DNA from: Octopus bimaculoides
Taxonomy: Eukaryota
Direction of reading: 5' to 3'
NCBI RefSeq assembly: GCF_001194135.2
Contig: NC_068982.1
Location: 1,892,481 to 1,956,480, forward strand
Length of the DNA: 64,000 bases
This document shows positions 48,563 through 63,302 of the stretch, in pieces; the stretch's first letter is position 1, and the number at the start of each line of letters is the position of its first letter. A program made the translations under genes and the position numbers. The notes below the pieces were generated by a model. It had not been told where the DNA came from. It saw nothing but the letters and a program-made list of their open reading frames with translations, and searched no databases.

Positions 48563-48958
48563 CTCTTTTACTCGTTTCACTCATTTGACTGCGGCCATGC
48601 TGGAGCACCGTCTTTAGTAGAGCAATTAGACCCCAGGACTTATTCTCTGTAAGCCTAGTACTTATTCTATCAGTCTCTTTTGCCGAACCGCTAAGTTACG
48701 GGGACGTAAACTCACCAGCATCGGTTGTCAAGCAATGTTGGCGGTAGGGGGACAAACACAGACACACAAACATATACACACACACACACATATATATATA
48801 CGACATGATTCTTTCAGTTTCCATCTACCAAATCAACTCACAAGGCTTTGGTCGGCCCGAGTCGATAGTAGAAGACACCTGCCCAAGATGCCACGCAGTG
48901 GGACTGAACCCGGAACCATGTGGTTGGTAAGCAAGCTACGTACCACACAGCCACTCCT
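48563..48958 (-). mobile_element. SINE family A, full length, well preserved
   Basis: Head ggagtggctgtgtggta.gtagcttgcttaccaaccacatggttccgggttcagtccc, CORE-like catcttgggcaggtgtcttctac, internal microsatellite, 3' end agcatggccgcagtcaaatgagtgaaacgagtaaaaga. Confidence 0.92.
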
Positions 48959-50497
48959 TTAGGTTCACGAAGAAAAATGAATCGCGTAGCTTAACTTAGG
49001 TGTCAGTATGAATAGCAACATTTGTTTCTTCTCTCTGCGCCCACGTTGAAATCGCATTTTGGACACCGATTATGATTTCTTCGCGTCTGATGATGCTCCT
49101 TCTACCGTCCCCACCACCTCTTCGCTGATTCTTTCCTCACCTCTCTCTCTCTATCTCTCTCTCGGAAAATGTTACATTGTCGTGACCAAAATGGATCGTT
49201 AACATTCTGGCCGCCACCAGTCTGTTCACCATCATTCAGTGAATTCGCTAAGAAGGAAGAGTTGAACGCCTTCTCTCATCGAATCATCACTGAATGTTTC
49301 ACTAATAGCGTTTGTAAAGTAACAATCAAATAACTACGGTAACTTCTTCAGTTTCAAGCTGCTACGTGAGTACATTTCTGCAAATTAGACAATCATTTAC
49401 TTTGAAAAGTGTTCCTAATTATCTGTAGCAGATATGAATCATTGGCGCGTAACGGATGGGGCCGGGGGTCCAAAATATCAAGTAAACATGACAATTACTA
49501 AATAGTCAGCTGTTGGGACTGCTAACCAAACATAGCCTCTAGTTTGTGTGGGCCAAAGCATTAGAATTGCCTCGGGTCCAGGACACGGAGCTATATATAT
49601 TTGTACCCAACGGCTTAGAACACTTCGTAGCTGCTAAAAAAAGGGAGCATCAGAAAATTCATAAGCATTCAGTTAATTGGAATTTTGGTTTCAACTACTA
49701 AATTAGTTATCTGTGAAAGAATATCCCATGATATGTAAGTCAGTCTGCGAGAGCAATGTAATCTCCAATACCCTATCGAACATTCTAACAACAACTTTTT
49801 ATTCTCGTAGAAGAAAACAAATCCATTATATTTGAAAAGCGCCAAGGGTAGCGGTTAGGGGTTTGTTTTTGTCATAGAAACGCACGCACACACGAATACA
49901 CACGAAGAGATAGTGAAAAAGAGGNNNNNNNNNNNNNNNNNNNNNNNNNNNNNNNNNNNNNNNNNNNNNNNNNNNNNNNNNNNNNNNNNNNNNNNNNNNN
50001 NNNNNNNNNNNNNNNNNNNNNNNNNNNNNNNNNNNNNNNNNNNNNNNNNNNNNNNNNNNNNNNNNNNNNNNNNNNNNNNNNNNNNNNNNNNNNNNNNNNN
50101 NNNNNNNNNNNNNNNNNNNNNNNNNNNNNNNNNNNNNNNNNNNNNNNNNNNNNNNNNNNNNNNNNNNNNNNNNNNNNNNNNNNNNNNNNNNNNNNNNNNN
50201 NNNNNNNNNNNNNNNNNNNNNNNNNNNNNNNNNNNNNNNNNNNNNNNNNNNNNNNNNNNNNNNNNNNNNNNNNNNNNNNNNNNNNNNNNNNNNNNNNNNN
50301 NNNNNNNNNNNNNNNNNNNNNNNNNNNNNNNNNNNNNNNNNNNNNNNNNNNNNNNNNNNNNNNNNNNNNNNNNNNNNNNNNNNNNNNNNNNNNNNNNNNN
50401 NNNNNNNNNNNNNNNNNNNNNNNNNNNNNNNNNNNNNNNNNNNNNNNNNNNNNNNNNNNNNNNNNNNNNNNNNNNNNNNNNNNNNNNNNNNNNNNNN

Positions 50498-50545
<48 letters not shown>

Positions 50546-52056
50546 AGAGTGTTAGAGAGAGAGAGAGGGACAGAGACAGATAGAGGCTTTTGTGTACGCG
50601 GTATGTGTTTCAATATATGATTTATGGTGACAAATAGCAGTATATAGTATCTCCGCTTTATTATACGCAAAACAGGTGTATACGGTTTTGCGCATGTCAA
50701 GGTTTGTATACGTATAGCTGTTTAGTGAAGTACATGTATGCATGCACTCTGAGCATAAGCAAGCTACACATACATATATTCCTATGTGACTTTCATGCAT
50801 ACACATCCATCCATCCACACACACACACACACAATATCGTATACGTGTCTTCATGTGAGCATATATGTTTCTACCTGTGTGTGTATATGTCAATGTATAT
50901 ATATTTGTATGCGGATACGGATGTATTCCAAAGAAATTGTGCAATAGATTTTACTCCAACATCTAATGAGTGCGTGAAACACGATATCATTGTCACTTGT
51001 TTAATATTCTTTGAACGACTATAATTTTCTTGCAACGATTCCATGAGGCTCTTTTTGCAAGTTGAACTAAAATTTAAAATACTCAAAATGAGCCAACGCA
51101 TTCTTTTACTGAAATAGTTCGTCCGAAAACATCGCGTTTGACGTTGATTTCAGTGACATTTTACAATAGCTAATGAATATACTCAAAGGCCAGTCAATGG
51201 AAAAAAGAAACATTTATTCTCCTGAAAGTATTCCAGATGTGTCACAGTTATGTATGTTGGTAGAGGAAGTGTTGTATAAGAAGATTATCAAAGTGCGAAT
51301 TGTTAGAATCATGACAAAAATTCCATACGAAATATGGGGTTACGTTCTAATTATGCCAATAGCTGAATATTAACTTCAATTGGAGTTCCCCAGCCCATAC
51401 TTATATATATATATATNNNNNNNNNNNNNNNNNNNNNNNNNNNNNNNNNNNNNNNNNNNNNNNNNNNNNNNNNNNNNNNNNNNNNNNNNNNNNNNNNNNN
51501 NNNNNNNNNNNNNNNNNNNNNNNNNNNNNNNNNNNNNNNNNNNNNNNNNNNNNNNNNNNNNNNNNNNNNNNNNNNNNNNNNNNNNNNNNNNNNNNNNNNN
51601 NNNNNNNNNNNNNNNNNNNNNNNNNNNNNNNNNNNNNNNNNNNNNNNNNNNNNNNNNNNNNNNNNNNNNNNNNNNNNNNNNNNNNNNNNNNNNNNNNNNN
51701 NNNNNNNNNNNNNNNNNNNNNNNNNNNNNNNNNNNNNNNNNNNNNNNNNNNNNNNNNNNNNNNNNNNNNNNNNNNNNNNNNNNNNNNNNNNNNNNNNNNN
51801 NNNNNNNNNNNNNNNNNNNNNNNNNNNNNNNNNNNNNNNNNNNNNNNNNNNNNNNNNNNNNNNNNNNNNNNNNNNNNNNNNNNNNNNNNNNNNNNNNNNN
51901 NNNNNNNNNNNNNNNNNNNNNNNNNNNNNNNNNNNNNNNNNNNNNNNNNNNNNNNNNNNNNNNNNNNNNNNNNNNNNNNNNNNNNNNNNNNNNNNNNNNN
52001 NNNNNNNNNNNNNNNNNNNNNNNNNNNNNNNNNNCCGATAAGTGACGTTAAGAGGA

Positions 52057-52094
<38 letters not shown>

Positions 52095-52398
52095 TTCAAC
52101 AGATGAGATCCAGAGATGCTCAATATAGAAAAGGTACTGTAGTGCTCAAATGATTTGAAATTACACTCCGAAATCTTCACTGTAGACTAAGTCCGTGGAA
52201 GTAAAGAGTAGCTGTAAGGGGATTTCAGATGAGCTGATATGGAAATAAACACACTTGGGCTTTATATATATATATATATACATATATGCATACAGGGAGA
52301 AAGGAACAAAAACTGAAACTATTCTGAAGATGAACATTTGTATATAAGCATATTAATATTTATATATTTACAGAACATCTTTATGTCCCTCTCCCTCT

Positions 52399-52431
<33 letters not shown>

Positions 52432-52535
52432 NNNNNNNNNNNNNNNNNNNNNNNNNNNNNNNNNNNNNNNNNNNNNNNNNNNNNNNNNNNNNNNNNNNNN
52501 NNNNNNNNNNNNNNNNNNNNNNNNNNNNNNNNNNN

Positions 52536-52606
<71 letters not shown>

Positions 52607-53462
52607 TATATTTTTCTTTGCTGTTTTTAATCATTTAAATTCTTCTTCTGAAGGAGCTTGTAATTAAAGATTCAATGCCCCACAGTTAGAATGTAGATAA
52701 CGAAACTAATATCACATTTCAAACCAAAGTAAAGTCTTGCATACTTTTACTGTTCCACTTACAGATTGAATTTGTCGTGTGCGTGTCAGGTGACTGATTT
52801 CTTTTCTTATTTATTATTATTTTTTTTGTAAATCTAAGGGGTTTACTCACAAAACGAAGAGCTCCAATTATTATAAGTATAAATGTAAATTTTAATCCGG
52901 ATATTGGAGCTTGAGATTTCGAAGCAGTTACACGTGTATGTATGTCTTTGTGTGTATGTACGTATCGTTATTCAACAGAAACTACAGAACGTCGATCTAA
53001 CTTCTTTCTTTGCATTTAAGTAGAGCAGTAAATTTTACGGCTCAAATCGGTAAAATTCTTTCCCCCTTTATTTCTTTGCTCTGATCTGTTTAAGTTTTCA
53101 TTCCTGTTAAGTCATTAAAATGTGTGGAATTAATGGAAGCATCCAGATGTCAGGCTAAATGCAGAGAGCTGCTATGACTCAATATCATTTGCGCTTATCC
53201 CCTGTTATTGCTAACATTTATTTCTATCCTTCGAAACTATTACAATTAATTTCAAACAGACAGGTTAATTCTTTAAAAGATGAATGACTTCGTAAAGGAA
53301 CCTAAATCGGCTGCCAGTTCTTATTTGTTGTACCAACAGTGTTGACTGCGCAGAGGGGTTTCAATCGGAATGACACAATAACTTCTTATCCAACCAATTA
53401 CGACTCAAGAATGTGTGTGGGGGGGCGGTGGTGGAGGAGGTGCGGTGTTGTTAATAATCTTT

Positions 53463-53838
53463 TATCTTTAACTTGTCTCAGTCATCAAACTGCAGCCATG
53501 CTGGAGCACCGTCTTGAACTTTTGAGTTGAATGATTGAACTTAGTACTTATAATTTGGTACTTAATCTGTCGGTCTCTTTTTGCTGAAACGCTACGTTGC
53601 GGGACGTAAATAAAGGAACATCGGTTGTCAAGTGTTGGTGAAGGTCAAGCACTGGCGCAAAGACACAGACACACGCACACATACAATACACAACAGATAT
53701 CTTTCAGTTTCTGTCTACTGAATCCATTCCCAAAGCTTTGGTCAAACTGACGTTATAACAGAAGAGACTTGTCTAAGGTTCCATTTGAACTGGACTCAGA
53801 ACCATGTGGTTGAACACTTCTTACCACCCAACCACGCA
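53463..53838 (-). mobile_element. SINE family A, older full-length copy
   Basis: Collinear with 48563-48958 (gccatgctggagcaccg; tcggttgtcaag; ctttcagtttc.gtcta; gctttggtc; aaccatgtggtt). Confidence 0.85.
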
Positions 53839-54467
53839 TGACTCGTCCATTTTTCATTCACACCTTTTACGGAAAAATCTATTTTATCCTGAGAAATTCG
53901 AAAAATAAACAATGGCATGATTAATACTGTTTTGGACTTGATTTGCTTTGCTAATTTAGTTTTGCTGATCAGTTGAAAATGGTGTAGAGGTTATGAAAAG
54001 CTATTTGTAAGCAGAATAGAACGATAGAGATAAAAATGGAGTATAATTTAGAATTGCAAAGAAAGCATTCATGTCGGTTTCTCTTTTTTGTCACAAGTCA
54101 TAGAGCATCCTAATAGATTTTGTCCTTTAGGCTTTAATCCCACGGAGGAATCGTTGCTACTCTTCTAGATAACATATGTATTGACGCCAAAATGCCTTTG
54201 TTATATCCATCCGGATTCGTTATTCACTTCTTTTATAGACTGAAGGTAATATTTCTAACGATTACTTTTCTTTACGAAATTTGAAAATTGAATGTAAAAA
54301 TCGAATAAATGTTTCGTATCTATTCAATATTCAAATATTCTAATTGTACACACGGTTCTATCTTTCAGAACGTGTTAGCTTAGTCTTGAAATTCAAATAA
54401 AAATAGATTTTGGCAGTTATCGAGTTCACAGAAGTTGACAAATATTATTTAATATTAATTATCTAGC

Positions 54468-54683
54468 AAGGCGGCGAGCTGACAAAGATGTTAGTACGCC
54501 GGGAGAAATGCTTAGCAGTATTTCGTCTGTCGGTATTTCGAAGTTCAAATTCCGCCGAGGTCGACTTTGCCTCTCATCCTTTCGGGGGACGATAAATTAA
54601 GTACCAATTGCGTACTGGGGTCAATCTAATCGACTGGCCCCCTCCCCCAATTTGCAGGTGCTGTGCCTAGAATAGAAAAGAAT
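54468..54683 (+). mobile_element. SINE family B, full length
   Basis: aaggcggcgagctg...gttcaaattccgccgaggtcgactttgcct.tcatcctttcgggg..gataaattaagtacca...ctggccccctcccc...tgtgcctaga.tagaaaagaat. Confidence 0.92.
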
Positions 54684-55565
54684 GGGCTTATATTTAAAAC
54701 ATCAAATAGAAAAACAACTCAACTAACTATAAATTTCTGTCTTTCAACAACTGATCTTATACAAAATACTTTCCAAATTTCATGGAGGAGAAAATCGTCG
54801 GAGAAATTCTCAATTTGTTAGAGATATGCACATATAACCCGGATGTATTGAACAAAAGGGCTTTTCGGCTCAAAATGCGATATAGTCATACATAAAAAGT
54901 TAAATAAAAGAGAGAATTTCATGGGCATTTAGAACAAAGTATCTAGCTTATGTAGAGCAACGAAACCATTTTATGATACAAGGCTAAAGGAGAGAAAGCT
55001 AAGGTTTAAACGTCATCTCCACATAATTAAATCAATGGCTAACTAGCACAACTGACCTGCTACTCCTTGTGTTTGTTTCTCCATTCTCCACTTGATTATA
55101 NNNNNNNNNNNNNNNNNNNNNNNNNNNNNNNNNNNNNNNNNNNNNNNNNNNNNNNNNNNNNNNNNNNNNNNNNNNNNNNNNNNNNNNNNNNNNNNNNNNN
55201 NNNNNNNNNNNNNNNNNNNNNNNNNNNNNNNNNNNNNNNNNNNNNNNNNNNNNNNNNNNNNNNNNNNNNNNNNNNNNNNNNNNNNNNNNNNNNNNNNNNN
55301 NNNNNNNNNNNNNNNNNNNNNNNNNNNNNNNNNNNNNNNNNNNNNNNNNNNNNNNNNNNNNNNNNNNNNNNNNNNNNNNNNNNNNNNNNNNNNNNNNNNN
55401 NNNNNNNNNNNNNNNNNNNNNNNNNNNNNNNNNNNNNNNNNNNNNNNNNNNNNNNNNNNNNNNNNNNNNNNNNNNNNNNNNNNNNNNNNNNNNNNNNNNN
55501 NNNNNNNNNNNNNNNNNNNNNNNNNNNNNNNNNNNNNNNNNNNNNNNNNNNNNNNNNNNNNNNNN

Positions 55566-55596
<31 letters not shown>

Positions 55597-57951
55597 CAGG
55601 TATGTATGTATGTATGTATGTATCTGCTTACTGCCGTAGTATATTAGCTTTATTCTGCGTAGAACTAAACCATACATATAATAGTTCATAGCTCAATGAA
55701 GTACTGTATCTTAAATGGTCCCATATATAATTAGACTGTTACTTTACCACTAATTTCTTAAGAAAATAGTAGCTGTAAAATTTTTATTACAGAATATACT
55801 TGATATGTTGAGCTGAAATTACTTGTGTAGAAAATTATTTCACAACTCCGTTGTCACAAGACAGCAATAACGATGCTTGAGGAGCGTCTTTATCTCCACA
55901 ATGCAAGCCACCTTCGACCATACTTCGTATCGCTGTGTGCATTTTTTCTTGTATCTTGTGAGTTTGCATAGGAAACACATGTGAAAAGACTCTTACGCAA
56001 ATACACATAGACACAATAAAAAACAAACACACTTATGTACACAAAGAAATAAAAAGCTTAATCGATTTTATAGTATATAATGTTTGGTCTCGACAGCAAT
56101 CAATACTATTATTGCTCTTTTTAATACACAGATAAGATAAATATACCTTTCAGATGACATATACTATTCTTTATTATGAGCTTTTATTTTGCTAAGAAGA
56201 TATTTCCTGAGATTACTGGTTTATATAATTCCCAATAAAATATTTCCTTCTGCGTTAATCATTCAGAAGTGATATGTGTGAAATATTTAACGAAAATGCA
56301 GTAACAGATCTAGAGGCCTGCATGAAGCCATATTGCAGAAAGAAGAATGAAACAATCAATTCTCCAGAAATACATTGAAATTACTCAAATGTTCGTCCAT
56401 ATGAAGAGGCCCATAAACCAATCAATCTTTGAGGAAGCACTGAAATATTCCGTATTTGCACATTTCATGAAAGGTATAGAGAACAAATTTCGATTGTGCA
56501 GCTCGTCTAAATGAGGTAAACTTAGAGTTGAAATCTAAAGAGGCTTGAAATATCTTCTGGCGCTAAAGCACCTTATATCTCACTTCGTATTTTACATTAG
56601 AAAAGCAATTTGACACGTCAGTGGCATATTACTAGTAGAGAGTTTGACTGAATGTGTATTCCTTAACAGGTTGAACACATCTGAAATACTCATTCCTACA
56701 CACATGAACATACAGTCGTGAGGATTCGTGCATACGTATTATATACGCATACGTATTATATGCATGTATATGTGTTGACATATATACATGCTTACATTCA
56801 TACGGGCATACATACTTACTATACACACACGTGCCATAAAAATATATTAGCATCAAATAATATCTACTCTCATTTCGTCAAATCTCGTTTAAGACCAAAT
56901 ATTTACTCGAACGAGCAGCCTTTTTATGGGTTTTTAAGTAATAGCAAATATTTGTTAAAAGAAGGTTTAATTATTGAACAATAGCGACAGAGGAGCATTC
57001 TGGGAACTGTCAATATACTGCGTTTGCGTCACGTCACTGTTTTTACATTCTTTGAAACAGGAATGTTATGCCGAAATATATAACTAATTTTTAAATTCAA
57101 TTTTAATCTGAATATTCAAAATGACCTGAGCTGTTAATTCTCTATTGCAAGTAAATCTTTTAGAACTTCGCTAAGTACATTCATACATGAATCGTATGCA
57201 TAATGCAAATTTGGGTCACTAGGAGGAGCAAAATAAAAATACATACAAGTGTGTGTGTTTGTGTGTGTACTTGTATGCTTGAATGAATAATGCATGAATA
57301 CATATAAACAGATGCAGTATGGTTGAATGGTTAACAAATTTGCTGAGCAAGTACGCTGCCCTGTAGTCGATCACACATCAACATCCTTTGGGAAGTTATA
57401 ATATTTTGTAGCATTGAGTTGACCCAAGCCTTCTGAGCAGGGCACGCAGAAAATCTACAGAAATCCGTTGGGTAAATTGCGCCTCTAATCCGTATGGAAA
57501 GCTTGTAATTACACGGTGCCACGTCAATTACAGGTTAGAATTATGTTGTGTACACCTGCTCGTGAAATGCTCTATTATAACAGGTTCATTGAAGAGCAGG
57601 TTAATTAGTTGATCGACCAACTAAATTCGTAAGATGTAATGACGCAGATACTCAACAACCAGCATGAAACCATCAGTTAAAAATGTAACGTTGTGCATTT
57701 ATGTGTACATGTAAATCCGCACCACAAGAAATAAAACCTTAAACATCAATATAACATATCTCTGCTCAGAAAATTACATTACGCTAGTAAGTAATGGTTA
57801 AGTGTAAAGTCGTATGTGTTGCAGAAAGTATTTATCTATAAGGGTCGGTTTCGAAACCTCGCTTCAAACGGTAAAAGTAACATTTGTTCGCGGAATATAT
57901 TTCTTGTGCATACCAACACGAATACTTACAAGGGTATACACGGACAGCATG

Positions 57952-57997
<46 letters not shown>

Positions 57998-58331
57998 TCA
58001 TACATGCATATATATACATACATATATATATACACACATACATACATATATATATACACATACATACATATACACATACATATATATATATATANNNNNN
58101 NNNNNNNNNNNNNNNNNNNNNNNNNNNNNNNNNNNNNNNNNNNNNNNNNNNNNNNNNNNNNNNNNNNNNNNNNNNNNNNNNNNNNNNNNNNNNNNNNNNN
58201 NNNNNNNNNNNNNNNNNNNNNNNNNNNNNNNNNNNNNNNNNNNNNNNNNNNNNNNNNNNNNNNNNNNNNNNNNNNNNNNNNNNNNNNNNNNNNNNNNNNN
58301 NNNATACATATATATATATACACATATACAC

Positions 58332-58366
<35 letters not shown>

Positions 58367-58496
58367 TATATACACACATACATATATACACACATACATA
58401 TATATATATATGCATATATGCACACATACATATATATGTAGGAAAGTGGTTAGCTGTTGGAGTAACCGTCTAAGGGCTAAGAATATCCGTTACACA

Positions 58497-58542
<46 letters not shown>

Positions 58543-59538
58543 GAGAGAGAGAGCTAGTAATGATGCAAATAAACAGAATTCTGCTTCACATATACGCGCG
58601 CGCACACACACATATACAAATATGCACACGTAAACATACATAGAGATTACATACATACCTTAAAACAGAGAAATTAAGAGTTACATTGCATACGTGTGTG
58701 TTTTTGTGTTTGTTTGTATGCGTGTGCTTGTGCGTGCCCAAAGACACAAAGGCAAGTATCCGTACTCAATACTTGAGATGAAATTGGAACGTGATCAAGC
58801 ACTACTCAAATATGTTAAATAGCAAGGTGGAAAAGAGAAAGCCATTTTCTTGAGACATTGGATATCGTAAAGTTACCTTAGGATATCGATATCTTTCCGG
58901 TGTTTGGCTTTTAAAATTATTGTTTCTTTAGTCGACTATTGATAGAATTTCGAGTGGCCTAGTTTGTTAAGAATTTTTTTTTTCCTATTTTGGTTGTCTC
59001 ACTGATCCAACAGCATTGTAGATGCCAAATATGTTCTTCAAATATTTAAAGAAATCTTATATATGTTTGTGTACCAAAATTGTGTAAAATCTCTATTCCA
59101 TTTAGTCTGTGATGGATTATAATTTAGGAACCATAGCACACGATTAATACTTTCTAAGATATACTTTCAAATCTTCCAATCTCTGCAGTATTTTGTAATT
59201 GGACAATGTAGCATAAAAAAAGATTCATTTGTTTTCATAAGGAATACGTTGATGTTGTGATTGATTTTCGTGAGCAAACATTTGGTAAAAGAGGAGGCAT
59301 TAATGTAATGTTTTAAGAAATCGCATTCTGATATGCAAAATTTTCTTAGTGAAAGCTATGAGAACAGGCATGGCTGCATGGTGTGTAGCATTGCATCGCA
59401 ACTCTGTGTTTACGAAGGAGATCGTAGTGCATAATACATTACTGAAATACTTTCGCAGTTGATGAAGGATGAAGCTTGTCATGGGAATGGAATTTGATGG
59501 ACGCAAAGATATACAGATATACACACCTTCACACACAC

Positions 59539-59597
<59 letters not shown>

Positions 59598-60916
59598 TCG
59601 ATACATACATACATATATATATATACATGGACGCATAAATATATAAAGGCAGAGTATGAGTGAATAGCTGGGAAATTCGTTTTGAAGTCACAATGCTTAG
59701 ATCAATCTTGGGCAAACGTCAATCTCTCTAGCTTCAGTGGCACATACTTTCTCATTGAAATTGGGTTGACAGGAATTGTATAAAATCCAGACGGACGAGT
59801 TGTTCTCTAATACAAAGCTAGTCATATATCAATCCATCCATCTGTATGCAAGCACATATATATATATGTGTGCCTGTGTGTGAGTGAGTTTTATGCATGT
59901 GTGTGTGTAAAGGCCTTATTTCCATATACGCCAGCTTAATTTTATTTGTCCTTAGTCGAAAGACGTCTGTTGTTATGTCCCTTTATTATTCCTACTGTAT
60001 TTGTGTAACATTGTTCGTTTTTTTTCCGTCCTTGTTTTTGTATACATTCGCTGCTTTCTTCCAAGGAATCTAATGCTCTTAGCTTAGTTTTTCCTTGGGG
60101 CTGACCAGATTGGAGCAATATCGAGAATAACCAGCCGAAATTGCAAAGATAATCTGGATCTGGACTGAAGAAAGAAANNNNNNNNNNNNNNNNNNNNNNN
60201 NNNNNNNNNNNNNNNNNNNNNNNNNNNNNNNNNNNNNNNNNNNNNNNNNNNNNNNNNNNNNNNNNNNNNNNNNNNNNNNNNNNNNNNNNNNNNNNNNNNN
60301 NNNNNNNNNNNNNNNNNNNNNNNNNNNNNNNNNNNNNNNNNNNNNNNNNNNNNNNNNNNNNNNNNNNNNNNNNNNNNNNNNNNNNNNNNNNNNNNNNNNN
60401 NNNNNNNNNNNNNNNNNNNNNNNNNNNNNNNNNNNNNNNNNNNNNNNNNNNNNNNNNNNNNNNNNNNNNNNNNNNNNNNNNNNNNNNNNNNNNNNNNNNN
60501 NNNNNNNNNNNNNNNNNNNNNNNNNNNNNNNNNNNNNNNNNNNNNNNNNNNNNNNNNNNNNNNNNNNNNNNNNNNNNNNNNNNNNNNNNNNNNNNNNNNN
60601 NNNNNNNNNNNNNNNNNNNNNNNNNNNNNNNNNNNNNNNNNNNNNNNNNNNNNNNNNNNNNNNNNNNNNNNNNNNNNNNNNNNNNNNNNNNNNNNNNNNN
60701 NNNNNNNNNNNNNNNNNNNNNNNNNNNNNNNNNNNNNNNNNNNNNNNNNNNNNNNNNNNNNNNNNNNNNNNNNNNNNNNNNNNNNNNNNNNNNNNNNNNN
60801 NNNNNNNNNNNNNNNNNNNNNNNNNNNNNNNNNNNNNNNNNNNNNNNNNNNNNNNNNNNNNNNNNNNNNNNNNNNNNNNNNNNNNNNNNNNNNNNNNNNN
60901 NNNNNNNNNNNNNNNN

Positions 60917-61005
<89 letters not shown>

Positions 61006-62030
61006 TGGACACATTTTCAATTTCATAATGTTGTATGTTGGTGTAGCGGAGAAATTGTAATTGTAGTTCGCTGCGTATAACTCTAACGCCCCAGGCTGGA
61101 TAAATTCTGTCTTCCTCTGCTATTTAAATTATAATAATTCAAAATGCCACTTTCAATTAACAGACTCAGCAGGTGTACACCTAGAATCTGTATTTGTGTG
61201 TGTACATTTACAAGTATCTAAGTATATATATACACAAATAATCGCAGTGTATAATTTTACTTGTGCAATGGATGGTGACAATTAGAAGTTAAGCACAGAA
61301 GCAATTATTAGAGGCATAAAATGTTGGAACATTTTTATGTATTTCCATTTCTCTCTGATTATGTCCGTGTCTTTCTGCCTCTCGCTTTATATGTATGCGT
61401 GCACCTTAGTGTATATGTGTGGGTTGTTTCCCATTTTGGAGACGTTTTCCGTGTGGTAACTATAGGCGGATGTAGTTCCTAAACACATGTAGAATAAGCA
61501 TTGTTGTGGATTGTTCGCCAGTGGAAATCGATGGGAAAATATATTGCAGAACGGAAAGATACATGATAAAGAACTAAATGTATTGCAGCAAGCAACAGAG
61601 CAAGAACATTGACAATGCAGAAGACATTTTCTGTCTCACGAATCATTTCCTATCACGATCAGGTTATGCATGTTCGATTACATTTCATACTTATGTGACC
61701 CAGGGCATTAAGTACAGATGATTTGACGGGGACAATATGAACACACGATAGAGGCAAAAGTCGTCTAACTAAATTTTGACTTCGATGTATCTATTGCAGG
61801 ATCATGACTTCATGCATTGGAGATTTCTCCGTGTTCTAGGATATCGGATACGTAAAGCAAGTTGTAGGTGTATTGCATATTTGTAAACGAGAGACTGTTA
61901 GGTTGTCAGAGTGTCAGCCTCCGATGCGGCGACGCACATGGCATCACAAAATTACTGACAATATCCTAAAACATATGAAGATGTCTCTCGCTATCAGTTT
62001 CCAAAGGTACAAGTGAGTGTACAGGAGAAT

Positions 62031-62097
<67 letters not shown>

Positions 62098-62099
62098 CA

Positions 62100-62649
62100 A
62101 TAATAATATAAAAAAACATATAAATATATGCATGTATACATACATATGTACATACATATATATGTATATATACATGCATATATGGGTACAGGGCAACAAA
62201 AAAGCGTAAAAACGCAATGAGAAACGAAAACATAGAAAACGAACTTTATTTCGGACAACGAAAAAACAGAGAAACGAGGCATGCAACATAAAGAATATAC
62301 CCCTTCGTCAGTTGTCCCTGTTTCATCTACTCCGCGTTTCGAAGGTAAAGACAATACGCGACTTCGTTGGAACAGTCCTTCCCGCAAAGCAAATTAAATA
62401 AAATTTGGGATTTGTTGCGGAGAGTGAAGGTGTTAACAAGAACAGGACAGTGAGAACAGGACAGTGAGAACAAGACAGTAAAAACAAACGGTGAAGGCTG
62501 TTGAGCCAAGACAATGGGAAAATTATTATGAACGCTAGGAGGATGAGCCATGAGAGGAGTCAGGTAAAAGCACGTCTTGTCTTTAGGAAAGAAATGGACA
62601 GAAAGATAGATCCCATTTCGTCACGTATCAGCGACGAGAGAGTCAAGGA

Positions 62650-62695
<46 letters not shown>

Positions 62696-62963
62696 GGAAA
62701 AAAATAGGGAAAGGGTGGGACTAAAAAATAGAAAAGATGAAGAACAAGAGAAGGAGAGAGATAGACAGAGAAGAGATAGAAGAAGAGTGAACATCGTAAT
62801 TATTAAGATAAAACTTACTTGGAAAAGGATGCGTGGCGTTCGATCATATAATAATATAAATAATATATAAATATATGCATATATACATACATATATGTAC
62901 ATACCTATATATACATGCATATAGGGGTACAGGACATAAAAACGAAATGCAATGAGAAACGAA
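62100..62963 (-). mobile_element. unclassified element with ~120-bp direct repeats (62100-62228 and 62850-62963), possibly PLE-related
   Basis: Both repeats read ataatata...atatatgcat.tatacatac...catgcatata.gggtacagg...gcaatgagaaacgaa. Confidence 0.55.
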
Positions 62964-63097
62964 TGCAGTTCTCTATGAGACTTCTCAAGGGACCAGACTA
63001 TTCTAGTTGTGCAAATTTGTGATAATTTAATCGTATATTTGGAATACTTATATATTTTAATTCTCTTATGTAACCACCATTCAACACCTCTTCTCCG

Positions 63098-63129
<32 letters not shown>

Positions 63130-63253
63130 TTTAAGGAAAAGAACCAAGGTTCATGAACTCATCGATGAAAATCCACTTTCACATATAGAAAAAATGAATA
63201 ATTAAAACACAATAAATATGATATAATACAAAGTAAATATCATAAGATCAAGA

Positions 63254-63302
<49 letters not shown>

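Noticed and set aside
60085-60177. GGCTG...CAGCC-GAAA stem and a CTGAAGA at the gap edge
   Set aside because: No core upstream of the stem, and the second motif is truncated by the gap; cannot be evaluated.
62245-62345. CTGACGA on minus with GGACAA/TTGTCC pairing and a nearby CGAAACGC
   Set aside because: GAAA is not positioned after stem II in any HHR topology, and stem I fails in the type II reading.
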